From contig NIVC01002929.1 in assembly GCA_002269645.1 (NCBI GenBank), positions 1 through 56,474 of the forward strand: a stretch of DNA of 56,474 nucleotides, in the 5' to 3' direction. The DNA comes from Macrostomum lignano (lineage: Eukaryota). The translations under genes and the position numbers were made by a program. Position 1 is the stretch's first letter, and every line of letters begins with the position of its first letter. The notes under the pieces were generated by a model. The model was not told the DNA's origin. It worked only from the letters and a program-made list of their open reading frames with translations, and searched no databases. Shown piece after piece: positions 45,745 to 56,474 of this stretch.

Positions 45745-46325
45745 CACATCGCACCATAGAGACACATCACACCATAGAGACACATCGCACCATAGAGAGA
45801 TATTAAACCATAGAGAAACATCGCACCATAGAGACACATCACACCATAGATACACATCACACCATAGAGACACATCACATCATAGAGAGACATCACACCA
45901 TAGAGACACGTCACACCATAGAGACACATCGCACCATAGAGACACATCGCGCCATAGAGACACATCACACAACAGAGACACATCGTACCATAGAGAGACA
46001 TTAAACCATAGAGAAACATCGCACCATAGAGACACATCACACCATAGAGACACATTACACCATAGAGACATATAACATCATAGAGAGACATCACACCATA
46101 GAGACACGTCACAACATAGAGAGACATCACACCATAGAGACACATCACATCATAGAGAGACATCACACCATAGAGACACGTCACAACATAAAGAGACATC
46201 ACACCATAGAGACACGTCACAACATAGAGAGACATCACACCATAGAGACATGTCACAACATAGAGAGACATCACACCATAGAGACACGTCACAACATAGA
46301 GAGACATCACACCATAGAGACACAT
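45745..46325. repeat. 18-bp minisatellite
   Basis: CACCATAGAGACACATCA with variants. Confidence 0.95.
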
Positions 46326-46433
46326 TAAAATAGTATCAAGTTAAAGACAGCCTTGTCATACATGACAATAACTCACATAGCAAGTACATGACACAATACA
46401 TCGAATCCAAGCAGCTCATGTGCTACCAGCATC

Positions 46434-48673
46434 TCACACAGACGACCTCTGGCCACTGAACAAGCCCCTGATGAAGAGAGTGGTTCCGCCAAAGGAAACA
46501 GACATCAGAGAGATGTAGAGCACCGCCTTCCACATCACGTAGCCATGAGTGGCTTGCATAAGCAGGAGGTCTCTGGCCGATAGCGGATTGGTTCGCATTT
46601 CAGCAAGCGCTTGGCCCAGATTCAGCTCCAGGTTCACGACTGAGTTCTGCAATTTATTTATTGATTTATTGATTGATTTTTGCATGCCTGATTTACATGC
46701 CTGTTGTAGGAATCATGCAACCGTGACATGAAAGCATGAGAAACAAAGACTGGAGGTTGGTAGATGAAATATCACATATTAATATCAATATATTGGTCAG
46801 GTCAATGAGAAACACGAGTGTATTATGAGAAGTGCTGTTTGGATATGATTTTGCAGAAAATAAATGTATAACTGTAACTGTATAAATGTATAAATGTATA
46901 AGAACTTGTACGTGGTTGTAGCCCAGTGGTCAGAGCGTCGGACTCACAACTTGAAGGTCGGGGGTTCGATTCCCGATCCCACTGCATGGAAAAATTTGTA
47001 TCCTTGAGCAAGACACTCAACTCTGCATTGTCTCAGTTCACCCAGCTGTAAACTGGGTAATCAGCATTAGCTGGGGTAAATGAGGGTGTGTGGCGACCCC
47101 CCCCCCCTCCCCAGTCCTTGTTAGACTGAACAGCCGTACGCAGCCTTCAGATGCGCTGCGCAATAGCTGCGGCTGAGCTGTCGGTTGCACATCTGGCCCA
47201 ATTATGGCAGGTGTAATAAAAAATCTTTGCAAGAACCAAAGAGCTGAAAAGTTTCAATTGATCTCACCTCAACTTCCATAGTGACATTGTTCTTAATAGC
47301 CAACTCTTTCAGCGCTTTTTCAAACGACGAAGGTAAATAGTGATACGACGAATATGAGATGATCTTACTTCTGACCGGGTTGTAGATGCACACTTCGTAG
47401 GCATCTGCGGAATAGAATAGGAACTTAAACAGGCTGAATACGCTTAATATACTACTACCACCCAGTTGCAAACTGACTCACCATTTTCCGTGACGTTGAA
47501 CTGATGCGACACGCTAGTTTGATAGACATAGTCCTTCACGTGCTCCCCGTCCCCGTTGGAGATAAATATGTCGAATACGTCAGATGGTTGGTTTGATGAC
47601 ACCGTCTGAGAATGATTAATGGTTTGGTGAAAGATTACCAGCTCATGTGAGTTCCGTGCTAAGTTTTCATCCTTCACTACTGAGGCATTACCTTGAATAA
47701 ATGCTTTTTAAAGCTGATAAAAGCTTACCAACATTATTTAATGGGCTGGTTTTTGGCCGAGTTTTGTGGTTGGCTTGTGGCCGAGTCTTGGGGTTGGTTT
47801 ATGGCCGAGTATAGGGGTTGGTTTATGGCCGAGTCTTGGGGTTGGTTTATGGCCAAGTTTTGTGGTTGGCTTGTTGCCGAGTCTTGGGGTTGGTTTATGG
47901 CCGAGTATTGGGGTTGGTTTATGGCCGAGTCTTAGGGTTGGTTTATGGCCGAATCTTGGGGTTGGTTTATGGCCGAGTCTTGGGGTTGGTTTATGGCCGA
48001 GTTTTGTGGTTGGCTTGTGGCCGAGTCTTGGGGTTGGTTTATGGCCGAGTCTTGGGGTTGGTTTATGGCCGAGTCTTAGGGTTGGTTTATGGCCGAGTTT
48101 TGGCGTTGGTTTATGGCCGAGTCTTGGCGTTGGTTTATGGCCGAGTCTTGAGGTTGGTTTATAGTTGACGGCCGAGTCTTGGTGTTGGCTTATGGCCGAG
48201 TCTTTGGGTTGATTTACGAGCTATGGCCGAGTCTTTGGGTTGATTTACGAGCTATGGCCGAGTCTTTGGGTTGGTTTATCGCCAAGTCTTGGGATTGTTT
48301 TTAAGCGCACCAGAACAAATGCTACAGAAGGTGAGTTGGCTAGCACGGGTTCGAGTCCCATAAGCTTTTATTTTAATCTTACCGTGGCGTAGAAGTGCAG
48401 CTGGTAGCCCGCCAGCAGTACATAGTAAAAGCACTCCTTGGCACCTTCACCTATTCTCAGTTTGAACACTGACGAGTGCATTCTGATAGCCGACTCAAAT
48501 TGATGCAGCGGGCCTTCATAGCTGGTCTCCGGGCGGCGTGTCCGCAGCCAGACGGTCGGACTTGACGGGCGCCTCGGATCCGGCTTGAGTTCGATCGTGG
48601 AGCCTCGCATCGGCTTGGGAACAGTTGCCAGGCAACCGAGTGCAAGGAGTAGAAGCTGCGTTAAGAAAGTCAT
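46434..48673 (-). CDS. TMED: p24/TMED-family GOLD-domain protein B, 254 aa, 4 exons
   Basis: Exons (-): 48673-48383, 47605-47482, 47404-47268, 46646-46434; total 765 nt. Signal peptide MTFLTQLLLLALGCLA, KECFYYVL, YEVCIYN, TM and RGLF tail. Same intron phases (0,1,0) and same 137-nt exon 3 as paralogue A. Confidence 0.8.
46912..47191 (+). mobile_element. tRNA-derived CORE-type SINE (family A), second copy
   Basis: TAGCCCAGTGG A box, GGTTCGATTCC B box, CCTTGAGCAAGACACTCAAC..CTCAGTTCACCCAGCTGTAAACTGGG core and the same 3-prime tail as 31167-31443. Confidence 0.9.
47745..48295. repeat. 24-bp GGTTGGTTTATGGCCGAG family array in TMED-B intron 1
   Basis: Same unit as 20777-21460. Confidence 0.95.
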
Positions 48674-49179
48674 GACTGCTCTAAATGGAATTGGATAGGA
48701 ATCGAAGCGAGAACACTCAAAATTAACTGTTGGTAATGCCCTCTGCATTGCTGCATTATTCAGTATAAAACTGACTGGCTGTGGCCCCCCTTCTCCCCTC
48801 CAGGCCCTCGGATCCCCGGGGTGTACATGTACACTCGGTGATAAGAAACTACAATTCGCTACATTCAAACACGCGCGTGCATTTTGATATTGTTCAATAA
48901 TAATCCGACTGGCTCTGTTGCTTTTGTGTATTTCTACAAATTTTCGAAAAGACCATATATACAAATCCAAAAGGCTTATCTGGCATTCGTCGTTTAAAAA
49001 TGCGAATACTTTGTAAAGCCTTTAAGACTGCGGAATGCTACACGCATTGGGAAGAGTTTTTATTGGGAATCGATTTTTAAAAAATACGATAGTTAGTTTA
49101 ACTTGGACTAAAATTGAGCAATTGAGCAAATCGTTTTCCAACAATATTATTTGTAGGAGTGTTGGCTGTCTTACGTTGC

Positions 49180-49660
49180 ATACCCCAAGTATCTGATCCC
49201 TATTCTCTAATCCTAATCTCTTACCCCAAGTATCTGATCCCTATTCTCTAATCCTAATCTCTAACCCCAAGTATCTGATCCCTATTCTCTAATCCTAATC
49301 TCTAACCCCAAGTATCTGATCCCTATTCTCTAATCCTAATCTCTAACCCCAAGTATCTGATCCCTATTCTCTAATCCTAATCTCTTACCCCAAGTATCTG
49401 ATCCCTATTCTCTAATCCTAATCTCTAATCCCTGATCTCTAATCCCTCATCTCGAATCCCTAATCTCTAATCTCTAATCTCTAATCTCTAAGCCTAATCT
49501 CCAATCCCTAATCCCTAATCTCTAATCTCTAATCTCTAATCCCTTATCTCTAATCTCTAATCTCCAATTTCTAGTCCCTAATTTACTCGTAAAATCTCCA
49601 ATCTCCTGATTCTCATTCATAATCACTGATTAATCTCTAATCACTAATCCTCAGTCTTAA
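49180..49660. repeat. CTCTAATC/CCCTAATC low-complexity array with a 42-bp higher unit
   Basis: ACCCCAAGTATCTGATCCCTATTCTCTAATCCTAATCTCTA about 5 copies, then (CTCTAAT)n-like sequence. Confidence 0.9.
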
Positions 49661-50344
49661 TCCCTTAACTTTCCTCTGGATACATGCAACTGGACTGGAA
49701 GAAGGCCCGCAGGGTAAAGGACCTTTGGATAACTTGGACTGGCATCGGAGCCATTGTTCAGGGACCTCTAAAAATGTCATAAAAGCAGATTAAACTGTTT
49801 TTGTGCTTGCCGCAATAGAGTTGAAGCAAATGAATATTTAGGAAATTTTGTCGCGCCTTCCAATCCAGATGTCTAGATCTGTTTGAGCACCGCGACCAGC
49901 GCCGACCGACATAAAATAGGTTTACCGACCGAATGAATAGGGACAGAAACGAAAGTCAGGACAGCGCCTCAGCCAGCCCTATCTCTCCTTTCCTCAATTC
50001 CACCCCCCCCCCAACTTGGCCTTCCATACTCGTATGCTAGAAGAAGTCAATCAAATTGATTATCCTGGAGCAGGGAAGGGCAGGGCGCTAATTTGAAAGA
50101 GAAGAAACTCCACACAAGTGGAGAGAGAGAGGCTGAGCCAGGGAGGTCGACAACCAGAGCCTTGGAGCGACAGGTCTTCCCCCCTCCCGAACCCCGCATT
50201 TGCAGACAACTTAATTTAGGCTGGATTGCAGCTGCTCAGCCTCACGATTCTGCTCATTCCGCTGACTCCTATGCTTGCTTTAAATGCAAAGAGGTTTTTC
50301 AAGCGGAGAGTTTCTTAAACATGAGCTGCTAGACAAATCCGATG

Positions 50345-50545
50345 TCTATGGCCAAATCTGATTTATATGGCCAAATCTGATTTATATGGCCAAATCTGAT
50401 GTCTATGGCAAAATCTGATGTCTATGGCAAAATCTGATGTCTATGGCCAAATCTGATGTCTATGGCCAAATCTGTGGTCTATGACCAAATCTGATGTCTA
50501 TGGCCAAATCTGATGTCTATGACCAAATCTGTTGTCTATGGCCAA
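50345..50545. repeat. 19-bp minisatellite TCTATGGCCAAATCTGATG
   Basis: About 10 copies. Confidence 0.9.
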
Positions 50546-51239
50546 AACCCCCAGTTAGCGTTCGTTAGCGTCTAGAGAAGTCGACATGCAGGAGTTTGTA
50601 AATTTTGGAGGCTCTAAGGAATCGAGATGTTAACTCCAAGTTGTGCTATCAGAACTCCCTGGCTGGGGGCAACAAGTGGGCCAATCAAAAATTTCCAGCT
50701 TATAGTTAGCTATATAGGCCTGGGGAAGTTGAGATGTGGCTTTTGGAAGGGGCTGGGAAAATAGGGATTAGGAGATGGGGTCGCCGGTGAACCACCAGTT
50801 AGACTGCTGGAGGTCCGGGTGAACTTGAGGAGTGAGAGAGAGGGAAACGGAGACAGTACAGAGAAATTCACTGCTCAAAAGAGCCGACAGCACAGATATT
50901 TTAGACTGAATAGAATAACCAACAATCAGCTTTACTAAACAGGTAGGTTTCAAGTTTTTAATTTGAATATTTTGAAACTTTTATTAAAAAATCTTTAATA
51001 CTCAATTTCTTAATTCCAAACTTTAATCCTAATCCAAAAATCTGCATGACTAATACTTTATTAATATTCAGACCGCAATCTCTAAAATTTCACTTCAAAA
51101 CGTAGATACCAAATTTCAAATTCATAATTTCGTATCTTTTGTATTTTCTAATCAAAATTTTTTACGCAATAGTATCTATTCCCTAGCTATTTCTTATCCA
51201 TAATTATTGATCCATAGCCTATAGTCTCGAATCTTCAAT

Positions 51240-51640
51240 CTCTAATATCGAATATCTAATCCCTATTCTCTAATAGCCAATCTCTAATATCCAATCTCTA
51301 ATATCCCTATTCTCAAATCTCTAATCCCAAATCACCAGTCCCTAATATCTAATCTTCAATATCTATTCTATAATATCTATTCTCCAGTCTCAAATCTCAA
51401 ATCTCAAATCTCAAATATCTAATCTCTGATCTCTAATCTATATTATGTAATCCCTAATCTCTAATCCCAAATCACTAATCATCAGTCTCTAATATCTAAT
51501 ATCTGATATCGAATCTCCAATCTCTGATCTCTAATCTCTAGTATCTAATTTCTAATCTCTAATCTCTAATCTCTAATCTCTAATATCTAATATCTAATCT
51601 CTAATCCCTAATCTCTAATCCTGAATCCCAAATCCCTGAA
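51240..51640. repeat. (CTCTAAT)n-like low-complexity array
   Basis: Same motif as 49400-49660; ends at the acceptor at 51648. Confidence 0.85.
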
Positions 51641-51648
51641 TCTCACAG

Positions 51649-53432
51649 ACGGTACAGGCAGTTCATGGCAGCCACAAAGCTTGCATCAACTGCCCTGCTG
51701 TCCACGGCCCTGTCTCTGGCCACAGCCAGCCTGTTATCAGGAGCCTGGCGCCTGGCACTAGCCGGCAACAGCGGGCACTCCGTCAGCTTCGGCATCTCGG
51801 CGGATTACGAGGGCTACTGGGCAGGTGAGCAAATTTTCAGAGAGTTACCCAATCGATCCTAGCTCGTAAAAAACCAAGGGGAAATTATTGGGGACAATTG
51901 AAACAGGAAAAAATCCCCAAAACACGCTATCGATTTCAGTAATCCGATTAATCCGCTACTTGGCCGGCCTTGGCAACGTGCTCAGCTGTTTTGCCCTGCT
52001 CTGCTCACTGGCTGCGCATTCCAGCCGACTCGAACAGCTCGCCGCCGCCTGCTGCTGCTGCTGCGGTAACGGTGGCGGTGGCCTTCAAATGTCGAAGTTT
52101 CTCTTCGCTTCGCTCGCTGGTGAGGCTCCAAAAAAATCTTTCGCAATAATATGCGATTTTCTTTTTCATTTTTGTTCGTAAATACTACTAACTAGTAGCG
52201 CGTAGTAAGTGTGCACGAGAATTGGTTAGGCGGGTTGTAATGCGATTCGCAGCCATAACGACCAGCCCCCAAGGCACAGAAAGTGCACGTGCCTGACGAT
52301 TAGCATGGCAGGGCCGCTGTGCACCTGTGTGAGCTCCACAGTAAATTCCCCAAATCCCCCAGTAAATTCCCCAAATCCCCCAGTAAATTCCCCAAATCCC
52401 CCAGTAAATTCCCAAAATCCCCCAGTAAATTCCCAAAATCCCCCAGTAAATTCCCAAAATTCCCCAGTAAATTCCCAAATTGCCCCCGTAAAATCCCCAG
52501 ATTTCCCACTCGAGTAAATTCCCCAGATTCCTCACAGTAAATTCCACAGATTTTCCCCAGTAAACTTCTCAGATTCCCCCCCCCCCAATAAATTCCCCAG
52601 ATTCCCCACTCGGTTAAATTCCACAAATTCTCCACAGTAAATTCCCCAGATTCCCTACAGTAAATTCCAAATATTCCCCACAGTAAATTCCCCAGATTCC
52701 CCACAGTAAATTCCCCAGATTCCCCACAGTAAATTCCCAAAATTCCCCACAGTAAACTCCCCAGATTCCCCACAGTAAATTCCCCAGATTCCCCACAGTA
52801 AATTCCCCAAATTCCCCACAGTAAATTCCCCAGATTCCCCACAGTAAATTCCCCAGATTCCCCTTCCCCACCGCACCCAACCCTCAGCCGCCAGCCAGCT
52901 GGCCTCGGCCGCCCTGTTCCGCTACTTCTTCATCTCGCACGCTACCGCGGCGTCTCTTCGCGAAGCTGCCGTCGCCGCGGCGAACGCCGACAAAACTGGC
53001 CGACATCTCGTCGACTTCCCGGACTGGCGGGCCCGCCCCGGCTACGGCTGGCACCTGATGATCGCCGCCGGCTCCGCCAACTTCGCTGCCGCCGCTCTCG
53101 CCTGCTGCGTCGAGTTTCGTCGATTTGCCGGCGCCGATGTCGAACTCGACAGCAGGATGTCCGGGAAGCCGGCCGATTCGACGGCCGAACGACAGACGTC
53201 GTCAACCTCGTCGCCAAGAGGCCGAGGAGCGTCTCCGGGACAGGAGGAAGGCTTGGAGGCGATGGAGGAGGATGAGGACGAGGCTAGGAAGCTGGTAATG
53301 AGCGAGCAGCGTCCTGCGGGTGTCCCCAGCGAACTCAACGGCGGAGGCGTCGAAGAGCTCGAACTTGTTGTCGAACCCGTCGGTCCAGAAATTTTAGAAT
53401 GCCACTGTCAGTGTTCCTGCAACGACAGATAA
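51649..53432 (+). CDS. Claudin/PMP22-superfamily-like four-TM protein, 5-prime end uncertain
   Basis: Exons 51649-51824, 51940-52119 and 52888-53432 splice in phase (GT-AG). Four hydrophobic segments; TM1 ends in W (ASLLSGAW); TM4 is preceded by GYGWHL; acidic tail. Possible first exon 50775-50818 (ATG..GG|GTGAAC, phase 2) is weak. Confidence 0.6.
52260..52335 (+). mobile_element. Dispersed repeat family B copy
   Basis: CCAGCCCCCAAGGCACAGAAAGTGCACGTGCCTGACGATTAGCATGGCAGGGCCGCTGTGCACCTGTGTGAGC. Confidence 0.7.
52335..52860. repeat. C-rich about 22-bp minisatellite
   Basis: CAGTAAATTCCCCAGATTCCCCA units in the claudin-like gene intron. Confidence 0.95.
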
Positions 53433-53589
53433 ACATGCATGCTTGAGGAAGTTGTTGCGCGAGAATTTTTTGTTATTCGCAAAAGTCATGACTGATAATT
53501 ATTTCGATTTGCCTAGCAGAGCGTTTCATTCTCAGTTTCACAGATACAGGGGTGGTAGGTAGGATCGAGTGTGGTGGAAGGTGTAGGAG

Positions 53590-54960
53590 TGGATGGGGTG
53601 GGTGAAGGCAGAAGTGAGGTGGGTGAAGGCAGAAGTGAGGTGGGTGGGTGAAGGAGTGAGGTGGGTGTTGAAGGAGTGAGCTGGGTGTTGAAGGAGTGAG
53701 CTGGGTGTTGAAGGAGTGAGGTGGGTGTTGAAATAGTGAGGTGGTGTTGAAGGAGTGAGGTGAGTGTTAAAGAAGTGAGCTGGGTGTTGAAGGAGTGAGG
53801 TGGGTGTTGAAGGAGTGAGGTGGGTGTTAAAGGAGTGAGGTGGTGTTGAAGGAGTGAGGTAAGTGTTAAAGGAGTGAGGTGGGTGTTGAAGGAGTGAGGT
53901 GGGTGTTGAAGGAGTGAGGTGGGTGTTGAAGGAGTGAGGTGGGTGTTGAAGGAGTGAGGTGAGTGTTAAAGGAGTGAGGTGGGTGTTGAAGGAGTGAGGT
54001 GAGTGTTGAAGGAGTGAGGTGAGTGTTGAAGGAGTGAGGTGGGTGTTGAAGGAGTGAGGTGGGTGTTGAAGGAGTGAGGTGGGTGTTGAAGGAGTGAGGT
54101 GGGTGTTGAAGGAGTGAGGTGAGTGTTGAAGGAGTGAGGTGGGTGTTGAAGGAGTGAGGTGCGTGTTGAAGGAGTGAGGTGGGTGTTGAAGGAGTGAGGT
54201 GGGTGTTGAAATAGCGAGGTGGTGTTGAAGGAGTGAGGTGAGTGTTAAAGGAGTGAGGTGGGTGTTGAAGGAGTGAGGTGCGTGTTGAAGGAGTGAGGTG
54301 AGTGTTGAAGGAGTGAGGTGGGTGTTGAAATAGCGAGGTGGTGTTGAAGGAGTGAGGTGAGTGTTGAAGGAGTGAGGTGAGTGTTGAAGGAGTGAGGTGA
54401 GTGTTAAAGGAGTGAGGTGGGTGTTGAAGGAGTGAGGTGGGTGTTGAAGGAGTGAGGTGGGTGTTGAAGGAGTGAGGTGGGTGTTGAAGGAGTGAGGTGG
54501 GTGTTGAAGGAGTGAGGTGGGTGTTGAAGGAGTGAGGTGGGTGTTGAAGGAGTGAGGTGGGTGTTGAAATAGCGAGGTGGTGTTGAAGGAGTGAGGTGAG
54601 TGTTAAAGGAGTGAGGTGGGTGTTGAAGGAGTGAGGTGCGTGTTGAAGGAGTGAGGTGAGTGTTGAAGGAGTGAGGTGGGTGTTGAAATAGCGAGGTGGT
54701 GTTGAAGGAGTGAGGTGAGTGTTGAAGGAGTGAGGTGAGTGTTGAAGGAGTGAGGTGAGTGTTAAAGGAGTGAGGTGGGTGTTGAAGGAGTGAGGTGGGT
54801 GTTGAAGGAGTGAGGTGGGTGTTGAAGGAGTGAGGTGGGTGTTGAAGGAGTGAGGTGGGTGTTGAAGGAGTGCGGTGGGTGTTGAAGGAGTGAGGTGGTG
54901 TTTAAGGAGTGAGGTGGGTGTTGAAGGAGTGAGGTGGGTGTTGAAGGAGCGAGGTGGGCA
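53590..54960. repeat. 20-bp G-rich minisatellite, about 65 copies
   Basis: GTGTTGAAGGAGTGAGGTGG with recurring variants. Confidence 0.97.
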
Positions 54961-55194
54961 GCGTGGATTGTATTAATAGCGCAGGGACTTCGAATTACCC
55001 TTTCTAAACAACAAGGACTCATATTTTTTATTTTATTTTATATTATTATTAATTATTAATTAGTTATTATTATCATACGCGAGTTCACCTTCTTTGAGCT
55101 TCTTTTATGCGTATTTCTTTTTCAAGCGAAGCAATTTCGAAAATGAACAAGCATCAGTGAGACTAAAAAAGAAAAAGGTGCAAATCTAGGGATA

Positions 55195-55390
55195 TCTGGT
55201 CCCAGGTGACAGGTGTGCTACAGTAAGATCTAGTCCCAGGTGACACATGTGCTACAGTAGATCTAGTCCCAGGTGACACGTGTGCTACAGTAGATCTAGT
55301 CCCAGGTGACACGTGTTCTACAGTAGATCTAATCCCAGGTGACACGTGTTCTACAGTAGATCTAGTCTCAGGTGACAGGTGTGCTACAGG
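55195..55390. repeat. 33-bp minisatellite
   Basis: CCCAGGTGACACGTGTGCTACAGTAGATCTAGT, about 5 copies. Confidence 0.9.
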
Positions 55391-55959
55391 TGTGCTAGTG
55401 TCAGCACAAGTACAGTACAACCCTCAACCAAATTCATAAATTTTGTCGCAGTTGCAAGCAGGGGTTGCCAGGGCTGGGTTGCCAAGCAATTAGGAGGGCT
55501 TTCCAATTCGAAAATGAAATATTTCGGCCTGAAAGCCTAGCAGAATGTAATTGCATGTGTCTCCTGAGACAAGGGAAACAGTTTAACATTTTTTACATTA
55601 ACTTGGGAGCGCAGTGCAAATAATCAATTAACTGTAGGTTTGCACAGTTTTCCTACTCCGCCCCAAATCCCCAGTAGAGTTCGCTTCCCCCTGCTCCTGT
55701 TCCCCAGTTCCCGTGTCCGCGGGGAGCGGCCGGTCAGGGTGAAGTGAGTAGAGTTAAGTGAAAATGAAGGGGAAGACGACAGTGGACAGTGAACTCAGAG
55801 GGGTAGCAGAGGGGACTGCTCAAGTTTCAACATGCAATTATTTGAGCACTGTCGACCAAGGCGAGCTATTAACTAGAGTCTGGATTGACAACTCCTGGAT
55901 TGAGAACTCGGATTTCAGGCCTCCGCGTAGGTTTTCCTCGGTTCCGTTTGTTTTCTTTT

Positions 55960-56060
55960 GTCTATGGCCAAAGCCGACAGAGCTTTTAGTCTATGGCCAA
56001 AACCGACAGAGCTTTTAGTCTATGGCCAAAACCGACAGAGCTTTTAGTCTATGGCCAAAA
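55960..56060. repeat. 29-bp minisatellite with TCTATGGCCAAA core
   Basis: TCTATGGCCAAAACCGACAGAGCTTTTAG, about 3.5 copies. Confidence 0.85.
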
Positions 56061-56199
56061 TCGACAGCTTTTTTGTGCTGCTGCGTTCGAGCAGCACGAC
56101 CGACCTGCGTTCGACCAACAATACCATCGTTCGATAAGTATCACTGCAGTTTGCCATGTACTCGTACGTCATTTACACTTATAGCGTCTGTTTAAAATG

Positions 56200-56426
56200 T
56201 ACATAGGGGATAGGAGGGGGGCAAACTAATTCTAGAATGCCCACGTGGTGTCCGCGTGACTTCCATAACTCATGCTAATACGAGCGTAGATGAAAGTCTG
56301 CGCAAACCTCGGAACAAAACGGCTAACTACTGCAAATAATCCAGATTTTAGTTTCAAAGTCTCCTTGACCAAGCGGGTTAGGGGGAGCGGGGAGGCTACA
56401 CACCACTCCAACTCCCACCCTATGTA
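56200..56426. mobile_element. Possible short MITE
   Basis: Inverted ends TACATAGGG (56200) and CCCTATGTA (56418); only 9 bp, TA-bounded. Confidence 0.3.
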
Positions 56427-56474
56427 GTCAAATGAATGAATAGGAAAAAATTTATTGCCTAACAGACGTTGGCG

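Noticed and set aside
55458-55485. CAGGGGTTGCCA hAT-like terminal motif
   Set aside because: No partner inverted repeat found in the window.

Overview
Eukaryotic (metazoan) genomic DNA with GC-rich exons and minisatellite-filled introns. The style suggests a free-living flatworm such as Macrostomum, but that is inference. Hand-spliced gene models in order: a RASSF9/10-like RA-domain gene (+, 9389-10964); an intronless PAN + C-type lectin gene with a 1-nt frameshift (+, 17433-18196); PFKFB (-, 27504-19606, 7 exons, plus a candidate alternative first exon); mitochondrial acetyl-CoA synthetase ACSS1 head-to-head with PFKFB (+, 28252-35846, 7 exons); CtIP/RBBP8 (+, 37743-41074, no in-frame ATG and one frameshift); two tandem p24/TMED GOLD paralogues (-, 43991-41555 and 48673-46434); and a claudin/PMP22-like 4-TM gene (+, about 51649-53432). 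Non-coding content: about 35 tandem arrays, a 1.77-kb tandem duplication, a tRNA-headed CORE-type SINE (2 copies), a second dispersed family with a covarying hairpin (5-6 copies, all + strand) and DNA-transposon MITEs. Most long ORFs in the supplied track are translated repeats. No rRNA, true tRNA or CRISPR array was seen. All protein assignments rest on recalled motifs, not on database searches.
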